A stretch of DNA of 64,000 nucleotides, from the NCBI GenBank assembly GCA_963745125.1, contig CAVUWB010000002.1, forward strand, positions 249,092 through 313,091, in the 5' to 3' direction. Below are positions 28,355-42,778 of this stretch, piece after piece. The translations under genes were made by a program, and so were the position numbers. Source of the DNA: an uncultured Pseudomonadota bacterium. GTDB taxonomy: Bacteria > Pseudomonadota > Alphaproteobacteria > Acetobacterales > Acetobacteraceae. How positions within the stretch are numbered: position 1 is the first letter of the stretch; the number at the start of each line of letters is the position of its first letter. The notes beneath the pieces were generated by a model that searched no databases, was not told the origin of the DNA, and was given only the letters and a program-made list of their open reading frames with translations.

Positions 28355-30793
28355 ATGGGTTCCCCCGATGCCGGCACTGTATCAAAGTCCATAAGCGCCT
28401 ACGGTTCAGCGCGCTCGACAGTCGGCGGCCAGCCGCTCACCGCCGACGAATTGCGGCGCATGCAGCGTTATTGGGAAGCCTCGCTCTATATGTCGGCCGC
28501 GATGATTTACTTGCGGGACAACCCGCTCCTGCGGGAGCCGCTCAAACCGGAGCATATCAAACGGCGTCTGCTCGGGCATTGGGGTTCCGACCCCGGGATG
28601 AGCCTCATCTACATCCATCTCAATCGGCTGATTAAGAAGTATGATCTCGACGCCATCTTTCTGGCAGGCCCCGGCCATGGCGCGCCGGCCATCATCTCCA
28701 ACGCCTATCTGGAGGGTGGCTATTCGGAGGTCTATAGCGACATCAGCGAAGACGAAGAGGGTTTGCGCCGCCTCTTCAAGCAGTTCTCCTTCCCCGGCGG
28801 GATCGGCAGCCATTGCACGCCGGAAACGCCCGGCTCCATCCATGAGGGCGGTGAACTCGGCTATTCGATCTCGCACGCCTATGGCGCCGCATTCGACAAC
28901 CCTGATCTGATTGTCACGGTCATGGTCGGCGACGGTGAGTCCGAAACCGGGCCGCTCGCCACGGCCTGGCATTCCAACAAATTTCTCAACCCGGTTCGCG
29001 ACGGCGCCGTGCTGCCGGTGCTTCATCTGAACGGCTACAAGATCGCCAACCCCACCATCCTTGCCCGCGTCACCCATGATGAGGTGGAGCATCTTTTTCG
29101 CGGCTACGGCTACGAACCCTATTTCATCGAAGGGTCCGATCCCGAGACGATGCACCAGGCGGTCGCCGCGACACTGGAACACTGCATCGAGGAGATCCGC
29201 CGCATTCAGAAGGAAGCCCGGTCGGGGAAGGCAGAGGAGGTCACGCGGCCCCGTTGGCCGGTGGTGATCCTGCGCAGCCCCAAAGGCTGGACCGGACCCC
29301 GTGAAGTCGATGGTCACAAGGTGGAAGGATTTTGGCGTGCCCACCAGGTTCCGCTGGCGGAGGTCCATGAAAAGCCCGAGCACCTCAAGCTGCTGGATGG
29401 CTGGTTGAAGAGTTACCGGCCGGACGAGTTGTTCGACGCCGAAGGGCGCTTGATGCCGGAACTGCGCACGCTCGCCCCGGAAGGGGCGCGCCGCATGAGC
29501 CGCAACCCGCACGCGAATGGCGGCTTGCTGCGCAAATCGCTCCGCATCCCGAACTTCCGCGACTACGCGGTGGCGGCGGAGGAACCGGGCACGGCCCTTT
29601 TCAGCCCAACCGAGACTCTCGGCCAGTTTCTGCGGGATATCGCGCGCGCCAATCCACAGAATTTTCGTGTCTTCAGCCCGGACGAGAACGCTTCCAACCG
29701 ATTGACCGCAATCTACGAGGCCACAAAAAAGGTGTGGCTTGGCGCCTACTTTCCCGAAGATGCGGATGGCGGCGAATTGGCCCTGGATGGCCGGGTGATG
29801 GAGATGCTCAGCGAGCACACACTTGAGGGCTGGCTTGAGGGCTATCTGTTGACAGGACGGCACGGCTTCTTCTCGACCTATGAAGCCTTCGTCCACGTCA
29901 TCGATTCGATGTTCAACCAGCATGCCAAATGGCTGGAGAAATCGCGGGAGCTATCGTGGCGCGCTGAGGTATCCTCGCTCAACCTGCTGATCACCTCCAC
30001 GGTCTGGCGGCAGGACCACAACGGCTTCACGCATCAAGACCCCGGCTTCTTGGATGTTGTCGCGAATAAGAGCCCGGAGGTCACGCGCATCTATCTTCCG
30101 CCTGACGCCAACTGCCTCCTCTCCGTCGCAGACCACTGCCTCAGAAGCCACGACTATATCAACGTGATCGTGTCCGATAAGCAGCCGCATCTTTCCTACC
30201 TCGACATGGATTTCGCGGTCCGGCACTGCACCAAGGGTGCGGGCATCTGGCCATGGGCGAGCACTGACCACGACGTCGAGCCGGATGTTGTGATGGCCAG
30301 TTGCGGCGATGTGGCGACGATGGAAGCCTTGGCGGCAACCGCGTTGCTGCGCGGGCACTTCCCTGATCTGAGGCTGCGCTTCGTCAATGTCGTGGATCTG
30401 TTCCGCCTGCTGCCGGAATCGGAGCATCCGCATGGGTTCTCCGATCGTGACTTCGACGCGCTTTTCACATCGGACAAGCCGGTCATCTTCAATTTCCACG
30501 CCTATCCCTGGCTCATCCACCGACTGACCTATCGCCGGACCAATCATGGCAATATCCACGTCCGTGGCTACAAGGAAAAAGGCAATATCAACACGCCGAT
30601 GGAACTCGCCATTCAGAACCAGGTCGATCGGTTTACCCTGGCGATCGACGCTATCGACCGCGTGCCGTCATTGCGGATGAGAGGCGCGCATGCGCGGGAG
30701 ACGCTCAAGAACCAGCAGCTCGATTGCCGTCGCTACGCCTATGCCGAGGGCATCGACCCGCCCGACATCGTCAACTGGACGTGGTCGGTCTGA
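28355..30793 (+). CDS. xfp: Phosphoketolase (xylulose-5-P/fructose-6-P)
   Basis: [28 protein letters not shown] (TPP), [19 protein letters not shown]. Confidence 0.96.
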   Translation: MGSPDAGTVSKSISAYGSARSTVGGQPLTADELRRMQRYWEASLYMSAAMIYLRDNPLLREPLKPEHIKRRLLGHWGSDPGMSLIYIHLNRLIKKYDLDAIFLAGPGHGAPAIISNAYLEGGYSEVYSDISEDEEGLRRLFKQFSFPGGIGSHCTPETPGSIHEGGELGYSISHAYGAAFDNPDLIVTVMVGDGESETGPLATAWHSNKFLNPVRDGAVLPVLHLNGYKIANPTILARVTHDEVEHLFRGYGYEPYFIEGSDPETMHQAVAATLEHCIEEIRRIQKEARSGKAEEVTRPRWPVVILRSPKGWTGPREVDGHKVEGFWRAHQVPLAEVHEKPEHLKLLDGWLKSYRPDELFDAEGRLMPELRTLAPEGARRMSRNPHANGGLLRKSLRIPNFRDYAVAAEEPGTALFSPTETLGQFLRDIARANPQNFRVFSPDENASNRLTAIYEATKKVWLGAYFPEDADGGELALDGRVMEMLSEHTLEGWLEGYLLTGRHGFFSTYEAFVHVIDSMFNQHAKWLEKSRELSWRAEVSSLNLLITSTVWRQDHNGFTHQDPGFLDVVANKSPEVTRIYLPPDANCLLSVADHCLRSHDYINVIVSDKQPHLSYLDMDFAVRHCTKGAGIWPWASTDHDVEPDVVMASCGDVATMEALAATALLRGHFPDLRLRFVNVVDLFRLLPESEHPHGFSDRDFDALFTSDKPVIFNFHAYPWLIHRLTYRRTNHGNIHVRGYKEKGNINTPMELAIQNQVDRFTLAIDAIDRVPSLRMRGAHARETLKNQQLDCRRYAYAEGIDPPDIVNWTWSV

Positions 30794-30808
30794 CCCGGAG
30801 CGCGGCGC

Positions 30809-31981
30809 ATGGCGGGTGATCTGATCGGCGTCATCAATGCCGGCTCATCCTCCGTCAAGTTCAGCGTTTTCGAGGGTGAGCAGGCAATCCTCACGGCGCA
30901 GGTCGATGGCATTGGCGCTGATCCCAAAGCCACGGCCAGCGGCCGGAATCATGAGCCGGTCGCACCCCCGGAACTCGGCGAGACCCCGCCGAAAACGCCG
31001 AGCGACGCAATCCCCGCTATCCTGCGGTGGTCGGCGGCGTCGCTCGGCGGCCGAGGCCTCGCGGCGTTGGGTCATCGTGTCGTCCACGGCGGCGCGCATT
31101 TCCTCCGCCCGGTTCGCATCACGCCGCAGATCCTGTCGGAGCTGGACAGTCTGATCCCGCTTGCGCCGTTGCACGAACCTTTCAGCCTCGCCCCGATCAA
31201 GACAACGCTGCGGCTGCATCCGGACCTGGCGCAGATCGCCTGTTTCGACACGGCTTTTCATCACACCATGCCGGAGGTGAACCGTGTCTTCGCACTGCCC
31301 TACGCCTACGCCGAGGAGGGTGTGCGGCGCTACGGCTTCCATGGGCTGTCTTACGAATATATCGCCTCCGTCCTGCCGCAGCAGGCGCCCGAGATTGCAG
31401 CAGGCCGTGTCGTCGTCGTCCATCTCGGCAACGGATGTTCGGCCTGCGGCATGGTGAAGGGGCAGTCGGTTGCGACGACAATGGGCTTCACGGCGCTGGA
31501 CGGCCTGCCGATGGGGACGCGCTCCGGCGCGCTCGACCCGGGAGTTATTCTCTATCTTCTCATGCAGAAACGCATGACACCGGAGGCGATCAGCGATCTG
31601 CTTTACAAGAAATCGGGCATGCTTGGCCTGTCCGGCCTGTCCTCCGATTTTCGGGCGCTGCTATCAAGCGACTCTTCCCGTGCCCGTCTCGCGATCGATG
31701 TCTTTTGCCGGGAGACGGCGCGCCACATCGCGGGCTTGGCGGCCGCGCTGGATGGGTTGGATGGCGTGGTCTTCACGGCGGGGGTGGGCGAAAATGCCGC
31801 GCCCGTCCGGGCAGCGATCGCGCGCGCCTGTGCCTGGATGGGCCTGTCTCTCGACGAGACCGCCAATGCGGCGCATGCGGCTCGTATCAGCGCGGCGGGC
31901 AGCCGCATCGCCGCCTATGTCATCAAGACCGATGAGAACCGCATGATCGCGCGACATGCGCGCGCGATCCTCCAAACGTAA
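30809..31981 (+). CDS. ackA: Acetate kinase
   Basis: INAGSSSVKF, GHRVVHGG, FDTAFH, RYGFHGLSY, HLGNG, MGTRSG, FTAGVGEN. Confidence 0.95.
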   Translation: MAGDLIGVINAGSSSVKFSVFEGEQAILTAQVDGIGADPKATASGRNHEPVAPPELGETPPKTPSDAIPAILRWSAASLGGRGLAALGHRVVHGGAHFLRPVRITPQILSELDSLIPLAPLHEPFSLAPIKTTLRLHPDLAQIACFDTAFHHTMPEVNRVFALPYAYAEEGVRRYGFHGLSYEYIASVLPQQAPEIAAGRVVVVHLGNGCSACGMVKGQSVATTMGFTALDGLPMGTRSGALDPGVILYLLMQKRMTPEAISDLLYKKSGMLGLSGLSSDFRALLSSDSSRARLAIDVFCRETARHIAGLAAALDGLDGVVFTAGVGENAAPVRAAIARACAWMGLSLDETANAAHAARISAAGSRIAAYVIKTDENRMIARHARAILQT

Positions 31982-31985
31982 CGAC

Positions 31986-34442
<2,457 letters not shown>

Positions 34443-34479
34443 GCCGAGAATCACTCCAGGATGCGGGGATTAGATCCCA

Positions 34480-35674
34480 TCATAGCAATTCTTGGCGCTT
34501 TGGCCTAGCGAAACCAGGGTTCGGCGTCAGACCGGCCGCCATGCACAGGCTGAATTCAGCGCGGTCCCGCAACAATGCCAGCGGTTCCGCATCCACCCCG
34601 GTCAGAAAGACCTGGCAGCGCATGTTCAGCAGCGCCTCCAGCAGGGCGGCGCGATGGCTTTCGTCCAGATGCACCAGCGGCTCGTCCAGCAGCAGCCACG
34701 GCCCGAAGCCCCGGGCCTCGGCGATCGCAAGCGCATGGCCGAGCACCACGCCGAGCAGCAGCGCCTTCTGCTGCCCGGTGGAGGCCAGCGCGGCCGGCCG
34801 CCCGCTCGCGAGGTCCGCGAGCGCCAAATCGGCCCGATGCGCGCCGAGCGAGGCGGAGCCCGCGGCGGCGTCGGCGCGCCCGCGCCGCCGCCAAGCGCCT
34901 CGCGCAGCCAGTCCTCGACCGCCAGGGCCGGCGACCGGTCCAGCCGGTCGGCGATCGGGCAGATCAGGGAAAGCCGCGCCGGCGGGAAAGGGGCGACGGC
35001 GCCGCTGGCCAGCAGCGCATTCAGCCGGCCCACCAGGGCGCGCCGTGCCGGCGGTCGCGGCGACCGCGTGCCGCGCCATGCCGTCCTCCAGCCCGGCGAG
35101 CCAGGCGGGTTCGGCCCGGCCCTCCGCCAGCAGCCGGTTGCGCCGGGCCATCGCGGCGTCGTGGGCCGCTACCTCACGCGCATGGGCGGGGTCCAGCGCC
35201 CACACCAGCCGGTCGAGGAAGCGGCGCCGCCCGCTCGGCGCTTTCGCCGAACAGCCGGTCCATCTGCGGGGTGATCCAGGAGATCGCGATGTGCGCGGCA
35301 ATCTCCGCCTGGCTCGCCGCGCGCGCCATCCAGCCGCAGGACACGCGCCGGTCGCCCGCCCTCGGGCGGGCTGCCGGTGCCGATCAGCAGCGGCTCCGCG
35401 AGGTCGGGCGTCGTCGCCCGCGCGGCGACGGCCCAGCTCGTCCCGCCATCGGGGCGGAGGCGCGGAAACTCGGCGACCCGCGCCTGGCGCAGGCCGCGCC
35501 CCGGCACCAGCAGCGAAATCGCCTCCAGCAGGTTGGTCTTGCCGCTGCCGTTCGGCCCGGAGATCACGGCGATCCGCGCCGCTTGGGCGCCAACTCAGCG
35601 CCGCGTAGTTGCGGAAATCGGTGAGCGTCCAGGCGCGTGAGGCGAAACGGCGCCTCCGCTGATGTCTCAGACAC
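34480..35674 (-). CDS. recF: DNA replication/repair protein RecF (multiple frameshifts)
   Basis: LTDFRNY, GPNGSGKTNLLEAISLL, RRRFLDRLV, GAHRADL, STGQQKALL, LLLDE in successive frames; ends approximate. Confidence 0.9.
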
Positions 35675-36801
35675 GCATCGGCATCAGCACATACAGCGCG
35701 CTCGCATCGCCCGCGTCCCGCACCACGGTCGGGGCCGAGCCGTCGGCGAACAGGAACTCCACCTCGCCGCCGATCTGGTCGGTGATGTCGTTGAGGTAGC
35801 GCGCCTGGAAGCCGATCTCCAGCGGGCGCGGCGTTATAGTTCGACGCGGTCGCCGTCCAGCTCCTCGGTCGCGGTGCCCTGCTCCGGGCTGGCCGCCGAA
35901 AGCGTCAGCAGATCGCGCGTCCAGCGACAGCTTCACCGGCCGCGACCGCTCGGACGAAATCGCCGCGACGCGCGCCACCGCGTCGGCGAAATCCTTCTTG
36001 CCGACGCGCAGCACCTTGTCGTTGTCGCGCGGGATCACCCGCTCGTATTCCGGGAATGTGCCGTCGATCAGCTTGCTGGTCAGCCGCATGTTGCCGAGCG
36101 TGAACTGGATGCGCGTGTCGGACAGCGCGATCTCGACATCGCCGCTGACCTCATCCAGCAGCTTGCGCAGTTCGTTGACCGTCTTGCGCGGGATGATCAC
36201 GCCGGGCATCGCGCTCGGCCCCGTCGGGCAGCGGTTCCTCCACGCGGGCGAGGCGGTGGCCGTCGGTCGCGACCGCGCGCAGCACCTTCGCGCCGTCGGC
36301 GCCCTGTCGGCCGCGTGCAGATAGATGCCGTTGAGGTAGTAGCGCGTTTCCTCGGTGCTGATGGCGAAGCGGGTGCGGTCGATCAGGCCGCGCAGCAGCT
36401 GGGCCGGCAGGCGGAAGGCGTGCGGCAGGGTGCCCGCCGTCATCGACGGGAAATCCTCGACCGGCAGCACCATCAGGCTGGTCGTATAGCGGCCGGCCCG
36501 CAGCGCCAGCTGCGCGTCGCCGCCCGGATGGTCGAGCTCGACCTCGGCGCCCTCGGGCAGCTTGCGCACGATTTCATACAGCGTCGCGGCCGGCGCGGTG
36601 CAGGCGCCGTTGCGGCGGTGGTGGCCGCGCACCTCCTCGACGATGGCGATTTCCATGTCGGTCGCGGTCAGGGTCAGCGTGCCGTCCCGCACGCGCGATC
36701 ATCACGTTGGCGAGGATGGGGATGGTGTTGCGCTTTTCGACCACGCTCTGCACATGGGCCAGCGCCTTCATCAGCGTGGCGCGGTCGGCCTTGAACTTCA
36801 T
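35667..36801 (-). CDS. dnaN: DNA polymerase III beta clamp (multiple frameshifts)
   Basis: SVVEKRNTIPILANV, ATDMEI, STEETRYYLNG, SKLIDGTFPEYERVIP, LYVLMPMRV. Confidence 0.95.
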
Positions 36802-36879
36802 GGTCTAACCTCGGAGAGCCTGAAAAGGGCGGGCAGATTAGCAGTAAGCGCCCAGCCTACAAGCGCCCTCGGCCATTCT

Positions 36880-38366
36880 TCAGTTTTCGAGCATCCGCCG
36901 CAGCAGTTCGACGTCCTCGGCGAAGGCGGCGTCGCTTTCCATCAGGCTGCCGACGCGGGAGACGGCGTGCATGACGGTGGTATGGTCGCGGTTGCCGAAT
37001 TTGCGGCCGATCTCCGGCAGGCTGCGGCTGGTGAGCTGCTTGGCCAGATACATCGCCACCTGGCGCGGCCGCGCCACGTGCGCGGGCGCGGCGGGCGGAG
37101 GACATGTCGGTCAGGCGGATGTTGTAGTGCTCGGCGACCTTGCTTCTGGATTTCCTCGATCGTCACGCGGCGGTCGTGCGCCTTCAGGATGTCGTGCAGC
37201 ACCTCCTGCGTCGGTCTCCAGCGTGATCGGGCGGCTGAACAGGTTGGCGTGCGCGACCAGCCGGTTCAGCGCGCCTTCCAGCTCGCGCACGTTGGAGGTG
37301 ATCTTGTGGGCCAGGAACTCCAGCACCTTGGCCGGCACCGCGACGCCGGCGCGCGCGGCCTTGGCCTCCAGGATGGAGATGCGCAGTTCGAAGGTGGTGG
37401 CGTGCAGGTCGGCGACCATGCCGCAGCCCAGCCGCGTGCGCAGCCGGTCCTCCAGCCCCGACAGGTCGGAGGGCGACTTGTCGGCGGAGACGACGATCTG
37501 CTTGCCGGCATCCACCAGCGCGTTGAAGGTGTGGAAGAATTCTTCCTGCGTGTTGTCCTTGCCGATCAGGAACTGCAGGTCGTCGATCATCAGCACGTCG
37601 ACGCTGCGCAGATTGTCCTTGAACTCGATCGTGGACTGGCTGCGGATGCGCCGCGATGAAGCGGTACATGAATTTTTCGGCCGACATATAGGCGACGGAG
37701 ACCGGCGGCGCCGACCGTCGCGGCGCCGGTGCAGCTCCCAGGCGATGGCGTGCATCAGATGCGTCTTGCCGAGGCCGACGCCGCCATACAGGAACAGCGG
37801 GTTGAAGCCCGGCGATGGCCGGGCTGCTCGGCCACGCGGCGGGCGCAGGCATAGGCGAATTCGTTCGGCTTGCCGACGACGAAAGTCTCGAAGGTGAAGC
37901 GCGGATCGAGCCCGACGCCGTCGCCGCGCCCGTCCAGCCCGTCATCGGTCGCCGTGAGGTCGGCTGGCTCCGCAATGATGCCCGTATCGGCGCCGGATGA
38001 TGCCGTGGCGGCCACGCTCGCGATGGGGGGTGACATCGGCGTCGTCAGCCCTTCCGGCGCACGGCCGACGCGGATATCGACGCGCCGCACGCGGCTGTTC
38101 TCCGATTGCCACAGCGCCGTGATGCGGTCGCCGTAATGGCTGCGCACCCAGTCGCGCAGGAAGCGCGTCGGCAGCAGCACCGTCACCTCGTCTCCGTCGC
38201 AGCCGCCGAGGGTCATCTGCCGCAGCCAGGTGCGGTATTCGACCTCGCCCACTTCACTTTGCAGCCGGGCGCGGACGCGGCTCCACTCGCCTGACAAGTC
38301 GGCCGGCGTGGTGGATTCGGGGGGCGCCACCTTTACGTCGGATACGGCTCTCAACTGTAGCTCCAT
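36880..38366 (-). CDS. dnaA: Chromosomal replication initiator DnaA (multiple frameshifts)
   Basis: [65 protein letters not shown]. Confidence 0.95.
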
Positions 38367-38716
38367 GACGTGCCAAACCATCTGACATCGCAAGGCTCCG
38401 CTTCCAAGAAGCGAGACTACGACAGCGAATTTCTGAAAACGAGGGTCGCGATCAGCGCCCCCCGTGTGAACTTCATGACAGGCACGTTAGGTCACAGCGG
38501 GGGGTCTAGGCAACCAGAATTCAAAGGCGCCGCAATATCGCGACGCCAATGTGAAAATTGGCTGAAAGTATATTTTCGTATAGAGAGGATGCGGTTGGGT
38601 CGAGCCACAGCATTCATCCAAATACGGACGCCGGGCTATTGCGACTTCGTCAACGATGGCGGTTATGACTATTCTTAGTCATGACCGCCTGGATATCATT
38701 ACGGAGCAGACAAGCC

Positions 38717-38753
38717 AAAAAGTCGGAAAGCCCAGTAAAACGGGGCCTTCCGA
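38717..38753 (-). terminator. Putative intrinsic terminator of rpsT
   Basis: Hairpin TCGGAAAGCCC / GGGGCCTTCCGA followed on the minus strand by CTTTTT, about 15 nt after the rpsT stop. Confidence 0.6.
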
Positions 38754-38768
38754 TGGTCAGGCAGCAAT

Positions 38769-39035
38769 TTAGACCGCAATTGCCTTGATACGGCTCGACA
38801 TGCGGGAGATCTTGCGGGAGATCGTATTCTGATGCGCGACGCCTTTATTGGCAGCGCGCTGAAGAAGCGGCTGGGCAGCCTTGAGGGCGGCCTGGGCCAC
38901 GTCCTTGTCGCCGGCCGCGATGGCTGTCTCTACCGACTTGATCACGTGGCGCATGCGGGTACGGCGAGCGACGTTGCGCGCGGTGCGCTTTGCGGTCTGG
39001 CGTATACGCTTACGGGCGGAGTCAGTATTGGCCAT
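38769..39035 (-). CDS. rpsT: 30S ribosomal protein S20
   Basis: [13 protein letters not shown]...[15 protein letters not shown], 88 aa basic protein. Confidence 0.96.
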   Translation of the reverse strand: MANTDSARKRIRQTAKRTARNVARRTRMRHVIKSVETAIAAGDKDVAQAALKAAQPLLQRAANKGVAHQNTISRKISRMSSRIKAIAV

Positions 39036-39203
39036 GGTCGAGCGACATCCAAAAATCGTTAATGCGGGTGCGGAGGAAAGCGGGCACCCCCGGTGAGGGG
39101 GCCTGTCTAGATAGGGGGCGGCGGTGAGTCAAGCACGCCGAGGCGGCCCGAAAGCGCCCCAGATTTGCGTTTCCTTGGGGAAAGGCATTGACGGGATTGG
39201 GCT

Positions 39204-40050
39204 TCAATGCTGCGTGCGGGAACAGAAAAACGTGCTGCGCCCCGATTGGACGATGCGGGTAATCCCGCCGCACTCCGCAGGCCCCGGGCAGCGTTCGCAG
39301 GCGATGCCCGTTCGGCCATAAACCTTCCATGCGTGCTGAAAATAGCCGAGTTCCCCATCCGGCTGGACATAGTCCCGCAGGCTGGAGCCGCCGGCCGCGA
39401 TCGCCTCCCGCAAGGTCTCCTTGATGGCGGGGACAAGCCGGGCGGCTCGCGCGCCAGGCACCGAACCCGCGAGCCGCCGAGGGCTGATTCCGGCGCGAAA
39501 CAGCGCTTCCGACACGTAAATATTGCCGAGACCGGCCACGATCCGCTGATCGAGCAGGGCCGCCTTGATTGGTGTCCGCCGGCCGGCCAGCGAGGCCGAA
39601 AGGGTCGCGGCCGTGAAGGTTTCATCCAGCGGTTCCGGCCCCATATCCCGAAGGAGGGGGTGCGCGTCTTCTTCCGCGGTCGGCATCAGATCCAGAAGGC
39701 CGAAGCGGCGCGGATCGATAAACCCGATGCGCCAGCCCTCCTCCGTCTCCATGATCAAATGTTCGTGCTTTTCCCCATCCGGCGTATTCGTGCCAGGGAG
39801 GCGTATCGCCATGCGGCCGGACATGCCCAAATGGATCAGCAGGCTGTCGCCGCCGGATAGTCTCATCAGGATGTATTTGCCCCTGCGTCGGAAGCCGATG
39901 ACCGCGCGCACCGGTCAGCCGCGCCGCGAGGCCGGAGGGGATCACGCGCCGCAGATCCCCGCGCGAGAGGGCGGCGCGGCGGATCAGCCGGCCTTCCAGC
40001 CGCGCGGCCAAGCCGCGCATCACGGTTTCGACTTCAGGGAGTTCCGGCAT
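39204..40050 (-). CDS. mutM: Formamidopyrimidine-DNA glycosylase (one frameshift near 39905)
   Basis: [33 protein letters not shown]-terminal Cys-containing zinc-finger region. Confidence 0.95.
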
Positions 40051-40079
40051 ATGTCGCGCCATCGTATAGGGGACGGGCG

Positions 40080-40847
40080 ATGAGCGACAAAGCCATGATA
40101 GACGAAATTCCGGCGGACCAGACCGATTTCGGCTTCCGCGCCGTGCCGCGTGCCGAGAAGAAGTCTCTGGTACGGGATGTCTTCGCCAGCGTGGCGCCGC
40201 GCTATGATCTCATGAACGATCTCATGTCGCTCGGCATTCACCGCGTCTGGAAGCAGATTTTCACGACGCTGCTCGATCCCCGGCCGCGCCGCCGCCTGCT
40301 CGACCTTGCCGGCGGGACCGGCGATATCAGCTTCGGCTGGCTCGCAAAGGGTGGCGGCCCCGCCATCCTGTCGGACATCAACCCCGCGATGCTGGAGGTG
40401 GGGCGGGACCGGGCGATCACGCGCGGCTATCTCGGCGACCTCACCTTCCTCGTCGCCGACGCCGAGGCTCTGCCGATCCCCTCCGGCAGCATCGACACCG
40501 TCTCCATGGCCTTCGGGCTGCGAAACTGCACGGATAAGGCAGCGGTGCTGGCCGAAGCGAAGCGCGTGCTGCGGCCGGGCGGCCGTTTCCTCTGCCTCGA
40601 ATTCTCCCGGCTTGAGGTGGCGGCCCTGATTCCGCTGTACGAGGCTTGGTCTTTCAAAGTCCTGCCGCGTCTCGGCCGTGTTTTCGCGGGTGATGCGGAA
40701 AGCTATCAGTATCTGGCGGAAAGCATTCGCATGTTCCCGGATCAGCAGGCGCTGGCCGGGATGATGCGGTCCGCCGGCCTCTCCCGCGTCGCCGTGCGCA
40801 ACCTGTCCGGCGGCATCGCCGCCATCCATTCCGGCTGGAAGCTATGA
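40080..40847 (+). CDS. ubiE: Ubiquinone/menaquinone C-methyltransferase
   Basis: [35 protein letters not shown]. Confidence 0.95.
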   Translation: MSDKAMIDEIPADQTDFGFRAVPRAEKKSLVRDVFASVAPRYDLMNDLMSLGIHRVWKQIFTTLLDPRPRRRLLDLAGGTGDISFGWLAKGGGPAILSDINPAMLEVGRDRAITRGYLGDLTFLVADAEALPIPSGSIDTVSMAFGLRNCTDKAAVLAEAKRVLRPGGRFLCLEFSRLEVAALIPLYEAWSFKVLPRLGRVFAGDAESYQYLAESIRMFPDQQALAGMMRSAGLSRVAVRNLSGGIAAIHSGWKL

Positions 40848-42065
40848 CCCTCGCGGGCCGGCGCATTCTGCTCATCATCGCGGGCGGTATCGCCGCGTAT
40901 AAGGCGCTGGAACTCATCCGCTTGCTGCGGAAAGAGGGCGCCGAGGTGCGCTGCGTGCTGACCGCCGGCGGCGCGCAGTTCGTCACCCCGCTGTCGCTTC
41001 AGGCGCTGTCGGAGGACCGCGTTTATACGGACCTCTTCTCGCTGACGGATGAGAGCGAGATGGGGCATATCCAGCTTTCCCGCGCCGCGGATCTGCTGGT
41101 GGTCGTTCCGGCTTCCGCCGATATCCTGGCGCGGATGGCTGCGGGCTTGGCGAGCGACCTCGCCACCACGCTGCTGCTGGCGACGGATAAGCCGGTGCTG
41201 GTGGCGCCCGCCATGAACGTGCGGATGTGGACCCACCCCGCGACGGTCGCGAACATGGCCGTGCTCAAGGCGCGCGGCGTCACCGTGGCCGAGCCCGAGG
41301 AGGGGGCGATGGCCTGCGGCGAGTGGGGGCCGGGGCGTCTCGCTGAGCCGCCCGCCATCCTGGCGCGGATCGCGGCGATGCTCGGCTCGCTCCCGCTAGG
41401 TGGCGGCGCGCGGCCTCTCGCCGGACGGCATGTTCTGGTGACGAGCGGCCCGACGCATGAGTCGATCGATCCGGTGCGCTACATCGCCAATCGCAGCAGC
41501 GGTCGGCAGGGCCATGCGATGGCGGCGGCGTTGGCGGCATTGGGTGCCGAGGTCACGCTGGTCAGCGGGCCGGTCGCGATCCCTGATCCGCCCCTCGTGC
41601 GGGTGGTGCATGTGCGAAACGGCGGAGGAGATGCTGGCCGCCTGCCGCGCGGCCTTGCCGGCGGTGGCGGCGGTCTGTGTCGCGGCGGTCGCCGATTGGC
41701 GTGTCGCCGCGCCGAGCGCGGGCAAGATCAAGAAGGTGGCGGGCGCCGGGGCGCCTGAACTCCATCTCATCCCGAACCCCGATATCCTGGCGGCGCTCTC
41801 GGCGCCGGGCGCCGACCGCCCGGGCCTCGTCGTCGGTTTCGCCGCCGAGACGGATAATTTGATGGCGCATGCCGCTGAAAAGCGGCGGCGGAAAGGGTGC
41901 GACTGGCTGGTCGCGAATGACGTGTCGGAGAAGGGCGGCATCATGGGCGGGCAGGAGAATGAGGTGCATCTGATCACGGCGGACGGCGTGGAGGATTGGC
42001 CGCGCATGGCGAAGGAGGCGGTCGCCGCGCGTCTTGCCGCACGCATCGCGGCCGCGCTCGCATGA
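40844..42065 (+). CDS. coaBC: Bifunctional PPC decarboxylase/synthetase (one frameshift near 41615)
   Basis: [31 protein letters not shown], then [19 protein letters not shown] in a second frame. Confidence 0.93.
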
Positions 42066-42511
42066 GCGAGGCGACGGTCGCGGTGGTTCGCCTGCCGCAT
42101 GCCGAGGGGCTTGATCTGCCGCGCTATGCGAGTTCGGGCGCGGCGGCGATGGATCTGCTCGCCGCCGTGGATGAGCCTATGGTGCTGCCGCCCGGCGGCC
42201 GGGCGGCGGTGCCGACCGGGCTGCGGGTTGCCCTGCCGGCGGGGCATGAGTTGCAGATCCGGCCACGCTCGGGCCTCGCCCTCAACCAGGGGATTCTGGT
42301 CGCCAATGCTCCGGGCACGATCGATGAGGATTATCGCGGCGAGATCAAGGTCATTCTGATGAACGGCGGTGCCGCGCCTTTCGTGGTCACGCGCGGCATG
42401 CGGATCGCCCAGGCGGTTCTCGCCCCGGTGACGCGGATCGTCTGGCGCGAGGTAGCGGTGCTTGACGAGACGGCGCGCGGGGAAGGCGGGTTCGGCTCGA
42501 CCGGCGTTTAG
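42062..42511 (+). CDS. dut: dUTP diphosphatase
   Basis: [39 protein letters not shown]. Confidence 0.96.
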   Translation: MSEATVAVVRLPHAEGLDLPRYASSGAAAMDLLAAVDEPMVLPPGGRAAVPTGLRVALPAGHELQIRPRSGLALNQGILVANAPGTIDEDYRGEIKVILMNGGAAPFVVTRGMRIAQAVLAPVTRIVWREVAVLDETARGEGGFGSTGV

Positions 42512-42614
42512 AGCAGATCCCGATCATATGGAATCATCTGATCGGGTGAAGATGCTCGTAAAAACAAAGAGCTAGAGCGGTGACTGTGAGCGTAAGCGAA
42601 TAGGAAACGCTCTA
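42509..42614 (+). repeat. RIME-like two-hairpin miniature element (family A)
   Basis: TAGAGC...CCCGATCA/TGATCGGG hairpin...AAAAACAAAGAGCTAGAGC...GCTCTA; the first TAG is the dut stop codon. Confidence 0.75.
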
Positions 42615-42773
42615 GAGACTGTTGAGACCGCTACTATGGCGGCCATCCGACGCGCCTTTCCGCGCTTCCGGGGCTCATGGCCTCTTACGGCCACTCCGCT
42701 CCGGTTCTCGAAAGCCACGCCGGGTGGCACTGCGTGGCCTCTGGCTCGCCATAGCGCAGTCTCAAACAGTCTC
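42615..42773. mobile_element. MITE-like element (family B) with about 27-bp imperfect terminal inverted repeats
   Basis: Left GAGACTGTTGAGACCGCTACTATGGCG versus right CGCCATAGCGCAGTCTCAAACAGTCTC; no transposase; abuts the family A element at a TA. Confidence 0.7.
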
Positions 42774-42778
42774 GTAGC

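Noticed and set aside
38367-38768. Possible oriC upstream of dnaA
   Set aside because: No perfect TTATCCACA boxes, only isolated weak matches such as TGTGAAAAT, and no clear AT-rich unwinding repeats.
40080-40847. ubiB missing between ubiE and coaBC
   Set aside because: A gene-order variant; ubiB may lie elsewhere and this cannot be judged from the window.
42509-42773. CRISPR array, tRNA or integron attC
   Set aside because: No equally spaced direct repeats, no cloverleaf, no cas or integrase genes; better explained as miniature inverted-repeat elements.
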